This document shows, in pieces, positions 12,839 through 25,991 of a stretch of 64,000 bases of DNA. The DNA comes from Octopus sinensis (lineage: Eukaryota), in contig NC_043004.1 of assembly GCF_006345805.1 (NCBI RefSeq), positions 27,528,001 through 27,592,000 on the forward strand. The letters are read 5' to 3'. The translations under genes and the position numbers were made by a program. Each line of letters opens with the position of its first letter. Position 1 is the first letter of the stretch. Under the pieces are notes generated by a model. The model was given only the letters and a program-made list of their open reading frames with translations. It made no database searches and was not told the origin of the DNA.

Positions 12839-13135
12839 TTTTTTTTTAAAGTTTCATCTCAGAGCTGCGGCCATGCTGATGCACTGCCGTTAAAAATATT
12901 AGGCGGGCGAACGCAGGCGGAGATTCAGAGATGCGCCAGCTGCATAGAGTCGATCTTGCACCGGTAAGCGGCGGGGGGGGGCTACCTGTTGGCAGAAAGG
13001 AGCGACGAGAACATCCCTTCCATACGGTCACGTATTCTGATCAGCGAGAACCCTACATAGAGAGGACGAACGAACAGTTCGGCGGGCAAGCAAAGGCGGG
13101 CGTCTAAAGGCGGGCGTCCAAAGGCGGGCAGAGAT
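12839..13135 (-). mobile_element. CpG/GC-rich retroposon 3' fragment ending in the SINE-A-like tail plus poly(A)
   Basis: Minus strand ends ggcagtgcatcagcatggccgcagctctgagatgaaactttaaaaaaaaa. Tandem aaaggcgggc units at ~13092-13130. Confidence 0.55.
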
Positions 13136-14026
13136 TCTTTATCTTCTATTCCTATCAATAACTATAAGTTTGCTATTGACTGATAGCATGTTTATAGTTA
13201 AGCAATCTAAAACAGTGATAATTATGTGTCTTAGACACAGTGAAATACTGAAAAGTGGGATGCAAAACTACCAACTAATAATCCAGCTGAAACTCCTCTT
13301 TACTAGCTCAGCCAGCTGTGATAATAAAACATCCTTTCAAATATTGATAAATTAACTTTCTATTCACTTTTAAAATTTCAAATATTATTTTATAACATTT
13401 ATTTTTCTTCTTGAAGCACCAAATCTTTAAAGATTTAAGAAAATATGCACAAAAAGTGAAAAGAACACAGCAGTTAAGTTGTCAATGTTACACTAATTTC
13501 TTTTCACTGGTTGATATTTTGATTTGAAAATAAATTTATCAATTGGCAATTAATTCATAATATTTATTGTTTTATTTTACTACTTTTCCTGTAAATGAAT
13601 AAACACTGTTTTCCTTCACTACTTTTATAACTTTCAAGTACTTTTAATTGTTTCATTGGTGATTTTTTTGTTGTTTGGTAATTTGTATCTGTTCACATTT
13701 TGAATCTGGTGATGGGGCCATAAACATTTATTTCAAACATTGTAGTCAACGTTATCTAGACATTCTATTATTTTAAAACAATGCTATTAAATCTTGATAT
13801 GTAAATAACATTTAGCAACAAAAGTTTGCTTCATTTTTTAAATACACAAACAAATTACTTACAAGAAAATAATGTAGTGAAGTGGTGTACACAAGAAGAA
13901 AACAAACTTGGTGGTTTATATTGTTTAGCTCCACCCAAACATGTTCCAAGTTCAATACTTGTGCTGAATATCTGAACTTTCTGAGTTGATAAAAATATTG
14001 CCTGATAATATGCTCCTAGGTGATAA

Positions 14027-14149
14027 CTCCTTACCCGGCAGAAACGAATATATGCGTTTTGACCAAAATCGTTTTTTTCCATCTCTGGCGAGTTAACTCG
14101 TCAAAAGATAGACTCGCCAAAATCGACAGCAAACAAGTTGGGTAAGGGG
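14027..14149. mobile_element. Short MITE with TIRs ctccttaccc/gggtaagggg and (T)TAA flanks
   Basis: TIR pair with one mismatch; ATAA on the left and TTAA on the right. Confidence 0.6.
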
Positions 14150-15890
14150 TTAAGGTAGTATTGGATTTAACTGTTCTGTAATATTGGTTTGAAATTTTGA
14201 TGCAAGGCCAGCAATTTCACAGGAAAGGGCAGTGTTGATTACATCGACACTAGTCCTCAACTGGTACTTATTTTATGACCCCAAAAGAATGAAAAGCAAA
14301 GTCAGTCTCAGTGGCATTTGAACTCAGATGAAATGTCATTAAGCATTTTGCCCAGCATCCTAATGACTCTGCCAGCTCACCACCTTAATTGTTTCGTGAT
14401 TTACATTAATATATTTACCTGTATAACTACCTGTCTATATTTACCTGTAGTACTATCTAATCATATTTAGTTGTCCGGTAAATCGACAAAAGTACTGTCA
14501 ACAAACTTGTACACTTACATACACACACATGTATGTAATGAATTACACTGTCATTGTAAGGTAGCCTCTATGTAGGCATGTGAGCTGCTAGAAACATCAG
14601 TCAAAAGTTTCCTCATTTTACAGCCTATCATGTTGAAAATGGAAGGTCACATTGGATTGTGTAGTCATAACAATACAGTGTCAGATAAAAGCTTTGGAAA
14701 GATTTTGGTTGTACATCAATTAAATTAAGAGTGACCTGTAGTTAAACAACAACCATTGCAACTTCCTTAGGGACATGAGTTTGAATGGTGAGAAGCAGAA
14801 GAAAAAAAGAGGGGGGCAAAATGTGACTGTTAAACTATACTGTTTGAATTAGTCATCAGAATTGAAATTGTCATCAGAAACTGTGAACTCTATACTAGTA
14901 GCTCCCTAGAATGTAGTTTGCATTAGGAATATTAATAAACCCCTTAAACCACGGGGCATTTTTGTTATTTTTGTTTTTAATTGCTAAGGGAAGAGGTAGT
15001 ATCCATGATCATCATAGGCCCTCCTAAATTGGTGAGATTGATGCCATTAATGTTCTTCTTGAACCTTTGTAAGTCAACACCTGCAAGTAAGACATGATCA
15101 AAGAGAGAATTCCACAGAACTGAGATTCAGAGAAAGATGAATTGGGCACAGTGATTCATTGGAAAAGGAAGAGGAATTGGACAGAACAAGGATGATGAAA
15201 GGAAGGAAGATGCATGGGAAGGAAATTTCTGAATAGAAATAACAAGAGCCCAGTGGTATGGAATTCACAAATAAAATATGAACTTTTCATGTAATATATC
15301 TAAAGCAATTCTGTCTGATTGTATTCAAACGATTCAAAGTTATACTCTTGATAGAAGTTGAACTCAACACCAGGCTAGAATTAAATTATTATAACCACTA
15401 CTACTTAAAACTTACATTTACCTCCACAGCACCAATAAATATATGGGTGAATGAGAGAATCTCTATGGAGTCAGTCAACCTGCTTGATAAAGCAGCCAAT
15501 AATCTGTTTTAGAAAAGGACACATTGAATAATATGGTCTTGGTTTCCTGACATAGAGAAAAGACATGAAGCTCATGGATGAAATACTGTTGAGCATAGAT
15601 CTGTCTAGTCAGGATTGACCTGAATCTAAACAACTCAATGACTAAACAATAAATTTACTAAAAGTTGGCAGACTCTGGATACTGTAGAACAAGTTGAAGT
15701 AGGTAAAGGACTGTAAAATAATAACCCAACCCATGAACACACTGTCAACTGAGTCATAGTTTATATTGTTATTATTATATAATTACATTGAGGTGGAGGA
15801 GGATAAGAAGAAGAATATTGTAAATTTAAATTGAGAATATTTTAATACTTGGTTGCTACTTCGTATCATAACCCTAGGTATATAGTAAGA

Positions 15891-15948
15891 CCTGCTGATG
15901 AAAATTAAGGGAGGTAAACTCTCAAAATTTGAAAGCAATTGTTCTAGG
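15891..15948 (+). ncRNA. Type I hammerhead ribozyme (intact core)
   Basis: cctg-CTGATGA-aaatt aa gggag gtaaa ctctc aa aattt-GAAA-gc aatt gt-TC-tagg. Stems I, II and III all pair; UUC triplet. Confidence 0.75.
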
Positions 15949-16269
15949 GGTATCTATTTCCTCATTCTACAGCTTTCTGCTGAGATAGTAAGTTAATTTC
16001 TTTGCTCATAGCCCAATTTCTGTTGTGCTTGTTATTTTTCCAGTGATTGGTGGTTTCTTAGAGAATTTTTCTACTCTGATTTTCACAACAATGCTGGCAC
16101 CACATGTGCTCTATAAGAATCATAAATTAATTATAAAATTTTGGATTTGCCATTTATTGGCTTTTGCTTGTTGCCCACCTATATTATTAATGTTATTATT
16201 CATTTTACTAATGATAATAATTAATAATAATACCTATATAAATATTTTCGAATATTTATACATTTAGTG

Positions 16270-16301
<32 letters not shown>

Positions 16302-16304
16302 CAC

Positions 16305-17205
16305 ATCACCATCATCATTATCATCATCATTTAACGTCCATTTTCTATGCTGGCATGTGTTGGGTTTTTTGACTGAGGTCTGGAGAGCCAGCGACTGCAC
16401 CAGGCTCCAATCTGATCTGGCAGTGTTTCTACAGCTGGATGTCCTTCCTAATGCCAACCACTCCAAGAGTGTAGTGGGTGCTTTTTACGTGCCCCAAGTA
16501 CAGGGGCCAGTCACGTGGCCCTGGCATCGATCACATTCAGAAAATGCTTTTTACATACCACCAGCTTGGGAGCCAGTCAGGGGGTACTGGCATCGGCCAC
16601 ATTCAAATGGTGCTTTTTATATGCCAGCAGCTCAGGAGTCAGTCAGGGAGTACTGGCATTGGCCATGTTCGAATGGTGCTTTTTATGTGCCACTGGCATG
16701 GGAGCCAGTCAGGGAACACTGGCCACAGCTATGATTTTGGCTTTAATTGACTCAACAGGTCTTCTCAAGCATATCATATTGACCGACGCATCAGGGATAC
16801 TTTTAAATGGGCTGATTATGTGATACTGGTATTGGCCATGGCTGTGATCTCACTTTACTTGCCAGGTCTTCTCAATCACGACATATCTACAAAGGTTTCA
16901 GTCTTCTGTCATTGCCTCTGTGAAGCCTAATGTTTGAAGGTCATGCTTCACCACCTCATCCCATGTCTTCCTGGGTCTACCTCTTCCACAGGTTCCTTCC
17001 ACAGTTAGGGAGTGGCACTTCCTCACACAGTTGTCCTCATCCATATGTAACACATGACCATACAATGCAGTCGTCTCTCTTGCACACCACATTTGATGCT
17101 TCTTATGGCCAACTTTTCTCTCAGGGTGCTTACACTCTGTTGTGTATACACACTGACATTACACATTCAGCAGATCATACTAGTTTCATTTCTTTCAAGC
17201 TTGTA
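16305..17205 (-). mobile_element. RTE-clade LINE 3' fragment with 66-bp tandem repeats in the 3'UTR
   Basis: ORF 16898-17092 YGHVLHMDEDNCVRKC...GRGRPRKTW. gcttttta at 16480, 16546, 16612 and 16678. (CAT)n tail. Confidence 0.88.
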
Positions 17206-17282
17206 CATATATATACATATTTCTCACAGAGGTAAAGTGAAGGAGTTGCTTTCAAGTATTGGGCTTCATGGAGGCAAAGAGG

Positions 17283-17311
17283 CTGACGGAAACTGAAAGA
17301 AGCCCATCGTA

Positions 17312-17397
<86 letters not shown>

Positions 17398-17626
17398 CAT
17401 GTGTTTGTATATGTTTGTGTGTCTGTGATTGTCCCCACAACATCGCTTGACAACCGATGCTGGTGTGTTTACGTCCCCGTAACTTAGCAGTTTGGCAAAA
17501 GAGACCGATAGCATAAGTAGTAGGCTTACAAAGAATAAATGCTGGGGTTGATTTGCTTGACTAAAGGCAGTGCTCAAGCATGGCCACAGTTAAATGACTG
17601 AAACAAGTAAAAGAGCAAAAATAGAG
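17283..17626 (+). mobile_element. SINE family A, 5'-truncated, with long internal (TA)n
   Basis: gacggaaactgaaagaagcc...(TA)n...gcatggccacagttaaatgactgaaacaagtaaaagag. Confidence 0.85.
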
Positions 17627-18165
17627 TATGCAAGTGCTACCAGTCGAAAGCTTCACATACTGAAGGCCAGCAAGTGTATGGTGTCATCAGGAGAGAATGC
17701 ACACCGTTTCAGGACCTAACCTCTTGGCGGTATCATTGTGCACTGGCGCCACTCACTGACATGAGATCCCACTTGCTAGATCAGATACATATATACAGTG
17801 AGAGAAGGAGAGAGAAATTAACTTTGCTGAATTGTTAAATATTTATTACAATGGATAGGAATATAAACATCTGACCTGAGGATCATATTGCAACATGTCA
17901 TTTTTCACCATTTAATCCTCTTGATGGTGGTGGTGGTGGTGGTGGTGGTGGGGTTAAAAAATGTTTGTTGGCTTAACATACACTGTTCATTGTAGCGTAG
18001 GTTGGATGGGTTTGTATGACAACGCTCATACTCAAATGATTATTTCATCATATATAAAGTCATAATTACAAATGTTCCCTTTAAATATGGAGCCTCTACT
18101 CTTCACTGGTTTCAGCCAGGCAGGGTGATAACAGGTAAGTGAGCTGTTAATGATGGAGAACAGGT

Positions 18166-18336
18166 ACAGGCATGGTTGTGTGGCTAAAATGCTTGCTTCT
18201 CTACAATGTGGTCTTGGGTTCAGTCCCACTGCATGGCACCAGGAGCAAGTGTCCTCTACTACAGCTCAGGCTGACTAAAGCCTTTAGAGTAAATTTGCTA
18301 CATTGAAATTGAAGAAAGAAAAATCATTATGTGTAT

Positions 18337-18383
<47 letters not shown>

Positions 18384-18404
18384 CATGTGTGTATGTGTAA
18401 GAGA

Positions 18405-18448
<44 letters not shown>

Positions 18449-18700
18449 GTGCATGTTAATGTGTACCCTTGTCATGACATAACAGGATGGCTACAAAACA
18501 AGCATTCTCTATCATACAAACAATATTGTTCATTTCTAGTCTTCCCTGGAAAACGTCTGGTCGAGAGGAAACATTACCTTGCTTGGATGCAAGTGAGGGT
18601 TGGTGACACAGTGAGTGTCTTGTCATAGAAAATCTGCTCCCTAAACGTCTGTCTGACTTATACAGACATGGCAAAGGTGAATGTTAAATGGCGATGATAT
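18166..18700 (+). mobile_element. SINE-A head joined to an RTE-like tail (variant family; similar copy at ~19500-19835)
   Basis: SINE-A head, microsatellite, then a different body ending aatgttaaatggcgatgat. Confidence 0.55.
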
Positions 18701-19868
18701 ATATTTGTGTATAGGGTGCAAGCTCAGCATTATCAGATCAGAATATTTCCATCAACAGTTGATCCAAACTATCTCAACCTACATCCACCCTTCTAATAGA
18801 TGAAAGACAAATCCTTTCTTTTACATCCCCCACCTCAACACACAAGTTCACCAGTTAACATAAGCAGGCAACACCCTCCCACCTCCTTAACCCTGCACTT
18901 CATTGCTGTACCAGTTTGATCACTTGTGTGTATTTCCCCTGAACTCTCCTTCTTTATACTGCAACAATTTTCCTTATACTGTGTGACTATCAGGAAGATA
19001 TAGTTCTCTTATGAACTACATATCCCTCCTATTTGGTTGCTGTTGATCTCAGGTGATGTCTGTTTAATTATAAACAAAATGTCAGTGGGAATTAGACAAT
19101 GATGGGTACACTGAAACCAGTTTTACTTTGTCTTATTATGAAGGACAGTTATTTAATTATATTACACAAATTTACAGATAAGTTAATTCACACACTTTTC
19201 CAACATCAACAATAGAATAAAAGTACAAAAATTAAAGCATACAAACCTAGACTAGACGTTAGATAATAATGTTTAACCTAATCATGAAACTTATATTGCA
19301 GGAACTTCCTTTCTTGTTCACAATGCAGATTAATTAACTCTATCAAGGGCAATATTGGATTAACTAGCAATCATATTCTAAATAAAATAAATGACAGAAT
19401 TAATAAAACCAATAACCTTTTGCAGAGTAATAACAAATGGTTTATGACTGTCTGGATATAGAGTTTATTTCATTACTATTGTGTTTTAAGTTCATCCCTT
19501 CTCAATGACATCTTTGACAAGTGTCATCTACTGTAACCTCAGGGTGACCAACAGATTGTGTGTTGAAATGGCAGGCGGAAACTCTAGGAGAGCCCTTGTG
19601 TTGTGCTGTGTGTGTGTGTTTGTGTGTGATTTTGTTCTGCATGACCTCACATAATACTGCTTGAGCAAAATGATGATGTTAAACATATTTTGTAATTCTG
19701 TGCCTGTGAAGGCAAATGGAATAAGAAGACCCTCATAAAACAGGTCAGGTTTGATGACAGGAAGAGCATTCAGTTGTTAAATATTACCTAAACCCCATGC
19801 CAGCATGGAAACCAGATATGAAATTATGATGATGTATCTGTGTGTTGTGTGTTGTGTGTGTGTACATA

Positions 19869-20897
19869 CAAATGGTAATCAAAAATTATATGCACCTTCC
19901 CCAAAACTTTATTTAGGTTGGCTGCACTTCCTTCAGTACTTGCATGCTAAAAGGTGGTACTCTTGTGGTTATATAACGGGATCTTGATCACTCCAGTTTT
20001 CTGTAACAGAGTAAATGTGTGTACCAAGGAAGAACAGAGATCAAGGATCTGCTTTCTCTGGTCCGAAGGGGTATCAGGGACTGAAATATACCACAAGCTT
20101 TCAAAACAGTGCTCTACTGTGTAGAAGTTTGAATGAATGGATCAAGTTGTTTAAGAAAGGCCAGACAAGTGTGAAGTACGGAAGTACAAAGAGGGAGCAG
20201 GGTGTTGCTCACCCTCCACCATTGATGTGAAGATTCAACAAGCTTGAGAGATGGTTCTGGCAAAACAACAAATGACCATCGATGACATGGCATATTCGCT
20301 GCAAATTAGTCATGGTTCTGCATATGAAATCATCCATGACAAGCTTCACTTCCATTAAGTCTGTGTAAGACAGGTGTCAAGAGAGCTGACTGAAAAACAA
20401 AAACCACAATTGTTTGGAGATCTATCAACACCTACTCCACCACTACAACAATGACAGTGAAGTTTTTTTTTTTAAGAGGATAGACACAGGAGATGAGATC
20501 TGGGTCCATCACTCTGAGCCAGAGTTCAAAAGTCAGAGGATGGAGTGGAAACACCCAGAATCACCAGCAAAAGAGAAATTCGAGACTCAACCTGTCCCAG
20601 AAAATGTGATGCTAACTGCCTTTGGGGACAACAAAAGGGCTTTTACTAGAACACTACCTGGGAAACATGTCTACAGTCACCAGTGTCAAATACAGTAAAA
20701 TGCTAATCAGCAAACTGAAACCAGCAATCTGCCCCTTATGCCAGGCTCCTTCTTCTTCAATGAAATAAGCAAGTTTGTAGACTTCTGGGGTACATGCATT
20801 GAAAAGCAAGGAGACTATGTTGAAAAAGGATGCAAAACCTGCTTTTGTTTTAATAAATTACAGAAACAAGAGTGTGTAAAATTTTTACCTACCCTCA
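19869..20897 (+). mobile_element. Degenerate mariner element
   Basis: ORF 20414-20698 RIDTGDEIWVHHSEPEFKSQRMEWKH; diverged TIRs with TA flanks. Confidence 0.82.
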
Positions 20898-20994
20898 TAT
20901 AATAATATATATATATATTTGTGTGTGCATATGAATGTATGTATATGTACATATTTGCATGCATTTATGCATGTAAATATATATATGCATACAT

Positions 20995-21770
20995 ATAATG
21001 GGTTGTCAGATAAAATTGTTCATTTTTCCATTTATTTTGATCCTTATTTTTCATCAATAATTTTAACAAATCAATCATTAATATTTTCTTCTTCATTGTT
21101 CAAGACTTCTCACTAGCATTCCACCAGTTTATCAATGCCTTGGCTGTAGAAATCACTGGGTCTTGACTCAAAGGATTCACTGAATCACATTTTCAGCTAC
21201 ATATTGTTGAATGAAATGCCTTGCAAATTGTGTGACAAAAAATAATAATAATAATCTTAAGACACAATATCAGGAGGTGACAGCCAATGGTTCTCATGAG
21301 AGCATCCCATCTGCTGGGCCAATTCTCACGTGAATTTAGTCAATCTCCACTGAAAGTGGCTGGCTTTAGTAAACAGAAAAGGTGTTATTCTCTAGCATAG
21401 CAATGCATGGTCATACTCTTCAAAACAAGACTCAGAAAAAAAAGATCAGTAAGATGGGAATTTCTTCCACATCCTCCATATTCACCTGACTTGTCACCAA
21501 TGGATTTCCATATGTTCTGATTACTAGAATATTTTATAAGAGGCAAAACATTCAGAACCAGAGAGGAAGTTGAAAACAATCTTTCAGATATTTTTCCAGG
21601 AAAAGAAATGTTTCTTTGAACATGACATAAAAATGTTGCTTTCCTGTTAGGCTGCAATGGTTGAAAACGATGGTGATTACATTCTTGATTAAAACATTAA
21701 GATAAACATAGTTTACATTCGTTTTTATATCCTTTCTGGTAAGAGACAATTACTTTCTGAATACCCTAAT
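20995..21770. mobile_element. Two mariner 3' fragments (minus ~20995-21260, plus ~21380-21770)
   Basis: Plus fragment encodes HPPYSPDLSPMDFHMF; TIR-like ends gggttgtcagataa and ctgaataccctaata. Confidence 0.65.
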
Positions 21771-21994
21771 ATTTCCTTACAAAGTAATATCTTCTTAGTT
21801 TTACAAACAACAAGTAGCCCAGACATACTTATGAAATGTTTTGTTTACAAAGATTGTGCAACATGTTAGACATGTCATGAAGCTTGGAGGCACTGTCCAC
21901 ACTAATCCCATTCCTACAACAGCACCTGTATTCGGCAATGATATATCATTATTGTTGCTATCATTTTCCTTATGCAAACAATTCTGCCAGCTCA

Positions 21995-22350
21995 CCAGCC
22001 AGGTTCAGTCCCACTGTGTGGCACTTATGGGCTATTGTCTTCTACTGTAGCCTTGGGCCAACCAAAGCCATGTGAGTGGATTTGGTAGACAGAAACTGAA
22101 AGAAGCCCATTGTGAATACATATATATATATATATGTATTTGTGTGTGTGTGTCTGTGTTTGTCCCTCCACCATCGCTTGACAACTGATGCTGCTGTTTT
22201 TATGTCCCTGTAACTTAGTGGTTTGGCAAAAGCGACCAATAGAATAAATACTAGACCTTGCAAAGAATAAGTTGTTTAGCTGGTTGACTAAAGGCGGTGC
22301 TCCAGCATGGCCACAGTCAAATGACTGAAACAAATGAAAAGAATTAAAAA
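21995..22350 (+). mobile_element. SINE family A copy
   Basis: Family body and tail ggcggtgctccagcatggccacagtcaaatgactgaaac. Confidence 0.8.
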
Positions 22351-24499
22351 AGAATATCTGAAGAAAACTTATTAATTTTGGGAATAAACTACAAAAGGAA
22401 GCAAAAGCCACTCAGTATAATTACCATATCTAGATGAATGTAAAGTATTGATGTGGTGAATACTTACAGCGTAGTAGCAATGTTGTAAAAGTAAATAAAA
22501 AAAAAGAGAAAAGGATCAATCCTGCCATCTACACTATAATATTGTTTCTAAAGAATATGTAATCACAGAATCAACTCTGGTGAGGTTGGAACTCAGAACA
22601 TAGACAAGTAAAAGCAAGTCCTGTTATATGGCATCCAGATATTTGATCAAAAGTTCAAACAACCTTGCTGTTTTTCTGCTTCACTGATGTAAATGATATT
22701 GATTTCTAACACAGACACCACATCTTTATAAACTGAAGACACAATGAAGTTGCGTGACAACCAAGCCATTGACAGATATTAGCAATGTAAATAACTGAGG
22801 GAAATAGTAGATGGAAGTTAAAATTAGGTCAAAGACACCATATTATCAGAAATTGAACTGTATTGGTTGCGATTCTCTGATTCTCACCATCACTGCTGTA
22901 TTGTTATTGATTTCTATAAGGGAGAGACAAAGTCCGTTCAGTCAACCTTATATCATTAGTACTTATTTTATCGACCATGAAAAAGTAAAAGGCAAATTCA
23001 TTTCTTACAGGATTAAAGTTTAGACTGAAAAGGAACTTAGTCATTGACTACAAAGCATTTTACCATTTCAGCTACTTCAACATACATAAAGCACACTCTA
23101 ATATATATCAAAGTTGATTAGGTTAAAGGCCATATTTTATGAGAGAACTCAGTTAATTGACTCAACACCAGTACATTTCTGAAATTTGTTTTATCAACCC
23201 AATGTAGAAATTGAACTCAAAGTGTAAAGCTACAAAATTTAATAAATGTATGGCATTTAGTCTTCTATTCCTCCATTTCTACCAACTCACTACTCTTCTC
23301 CAGCTAATAATATCTGAATGGTTGAATACTGTTCAGTACAGTTTTATGTAATTGCCAGTTAATTATCTCAATAATTTCATTTGAGCAAAACTAAGATTGG
23401 AATACTAATATCAGTTGGAATTGTGTAGAAGTATATTCACAGCAGGTTAATCTTATTTAGAAATAAAATCAAAACTAACGAATTATTATTATCTGTTTAT
23501 ACTTTATTTGATGAATATTACATATTTTTCTACAGCACACAAACTAGAAACAAAAATTAAATAATAAAATAGATACAAAAGGTAAAATAAAATAAAATTC
23601 TACGCTAAGAACAACAGATAATGTCTGTAGTTGTTGTTGTTGTCTGTAAAGTTGTTGATACTGGCAGTAATTACTGCAGCAGTGAAGATTTGCAATAGTT
23701 TGACCCGATTAAGTGGTTTAAAGCTGATGAAAAGAAAACTATGTCAAGATTAATCAAGATTCTTCAAGTTGTCTTAGAAATAATGAGACAAAATTCTGAA
23801 ATGTAGAATATTAGTTCTAATGAAATATTTTCTCAATGCATGTGTAGGAATCTGTTCTTCTCAGACAGAAAATAGCAACATATTTGAGAATTTATTTTCA
23901 GAGACAAACAGCTGGAAAACATCATCATTTTCTCAAATGAAACTGATTTCAAATTCTTCCTATTTAAGCATTCCTTGATGAAGCACTAAGTTAACAAGAA
24001 AAGGTATACTACAAGAGGTCTAGCTTGCGGAAATCTTAGTAATTCAAAGCGCAAGCCAGAAATGTAGAAGAAAAATTAAACAGTAACTGAGTATTGTTTG
24101 CATTTGAGAAAGATGAATTGTAAGGTGGAGAAACAGGACACACTGAATATATCTTTTACAGGTGATTGACTCTGGTTTGGTACTTTAAGTTATGAACAAA
24201 GGCAGATGAACATAAGCCATTATGGAAGGAGACTTTTATTGTAGACCAAGTTTTAATCCTTCGGTATTCAGGTTACACTATCAAAATGTTCTTTTATTCT
24301 TTCATTTGTTTCAGTCATTTGACTGTGGGCATGCTGGAGTACTACCTTTAGTCGAGCAAATTGACCCAAGGACTTATTCTTTGTAAGCCTAGTACTTATT
24401 CTATTGGTCTCTTTTGCCGAACCGATAAGTTGCGGGGATGTAAACAACCAGATTCAGTTGTCAAGTGATGTTGGGGGGCAAACACAGACACACAAACAT

Positions 24500-24531
<32 letters not shown>

Positions 24532-24551
24532 GTATATGTATATATGTATAT

Positions 24552-24648
<97 letters not shown>

Positions 24649-24915
24649 TTAAAAATTGAGGGAGATAAATTAATATTAATTTTAATATCAATTTAAAACC
24701 AGTAGCCCAGCATTCAAAAAATCTGAGGAGTCAGAGAAAATTCAAATATATGTGTATATTGGCAGGTCTGGCCTGCTAGGTAGCCGGCCAGAATGCTAGA
24801 AGAAGACCATCAACGATCAAACTACAGGGGAAATTCTCTAGAGGAAGAATTCAGCGAACACCAGAACCAACTTTGGCGGGCAGGACATATGAAAAATTAA
24901 ATAAATAACAGACTT

Positions 24916-24993
24916 AAATGCATACCTCGGTTTCAGTCTTAACAAAAGAATTACTTGCATAATTCAAGTGTCCGTGACTTCATCAGTACATTT
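24916..24993 (-). ncRNA. Type I hammerhead ribozyme, unit 1 (canonical core)
   Basis: aaatgta-CTGATGA-agtc...gaattat gcaa gtaattc...gact-GAAA-c cgag-GTA-tgcattt. 7-bp stem I; GUA triplet. Confidence 0.9.
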
Positions 24994-25461
24994 GGTCCTC
25001 GAGATGCAAACCGCAAGACTAACCCCAGCTCTCTGTGTCAAGACAGACACGTGCTTAGTCTTACTGATTACATCGGGAATAAAATTTCAAATGTCTTGGT
25101 TCTGGCGCGCTGAGAGACTCCTGAAGCGAAGGGCTGCAGTGAATAATTCACTGCGGGTAGTGCTTACAACTAGGGAACGTATTTATTTAAATATTTAAAA
25201 ATTGAGGGAGATAAATTAATATTAATTTTAATATCAATTTAAAACCAGTAGTCCAGCATTCAAAAAATCTGAGGAGTCAGAGAAAATTCAACTATATGTG
25301 TATATTGGCAGGGCTGGCCTGCTAGGTAGCCGGCCAGAATGCTAGAAGAAGACCATCAACGATCAAACTACAGGGGAAATTCTCTAGAGGAAGAATTCAG
25401 CGAACACCAGAACCAACTTTGGCGGGCAGGACATATGAAAAATTAAATAAATAACAGACTT

Positions 25462-25538
25462 AAATGCATACCTCGGTTCAGTCTTAACAAAAGAATTACT
25501 TGCATAATTCAAGTGTCCGTGACTTCATCAGTACATTT
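25462..25538 (-). ncRNA. Hammerhead ribozyme, unit 2 (1-nt deletion in GAAA)
   Basis: Same as unit 1, but the plus strand reads cctcggttcagtc instead of cctcggtttcagtc. Confidence 0.8.
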
Positions 25539-25991
25539 GGTCCTCGAGATGCAAACCGCAAGACTAACCCCAGCTCTCTGTGTCAAGACAGACACGTGCT
25601 TAGTCTTACTGATTACATCGGGAATAAAATTTCAAATGTCTTGGTTCTGGCGCGCTGAGAGACTCCTGAAGCGAAGGGCTGCAGTGAATAATTCACTGCG
25701 GGTAGTGCTTACAACTAGGGAACGTATTTATTTAAATAGTTAAAAATTGAGGGAGATAAATTAATATTAATTTTAATATCAATTTAAAACCAGTAGTCCA
25801 GCATTCAAAAAATCTGAGGAGTCAGAGAAAATTCAAATATATGTGTATATTGGCAGGGCTGGCCTGGTCTCTCAGCGCGCCAGAACCAAGACATTTGAAA
25901 TTTTATTCCCGATGTAATCAGTAAGACTAAGCACGTGTCTGTCTTGACACAGAGAGCTGGGGTTAGTCTTGCAGTTTGCATCTCGAGGACC

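Noticed and set aside
9965-14005. Possible minus-strand host exons (acceptor ~10365, donors ~11320 and ~13860; also ~46180-46245)
   Set aside because: Splice-like signals are present, but the peptides resemble nothing I recognise and no consistent gene model results; needs RNA-seq.
16267-16734. 155-aa repeat-protein ORF
   Set aside because: Antisense to an RTE 3'UTR; it stays open because the repeat unit is 66 bp.
24723-24745. Plus-strand CTGAGGA...GAAA in the array unit as a second ribozyme
   Set aside because: No stem II, stem I or NUH triplet.
24644-25866. Array as CRISPR-like or satellite DNA
   Set aside because: No repeat-spacer alternation, eukaryotic context, and only ~2.2 units with a terminal inversion.
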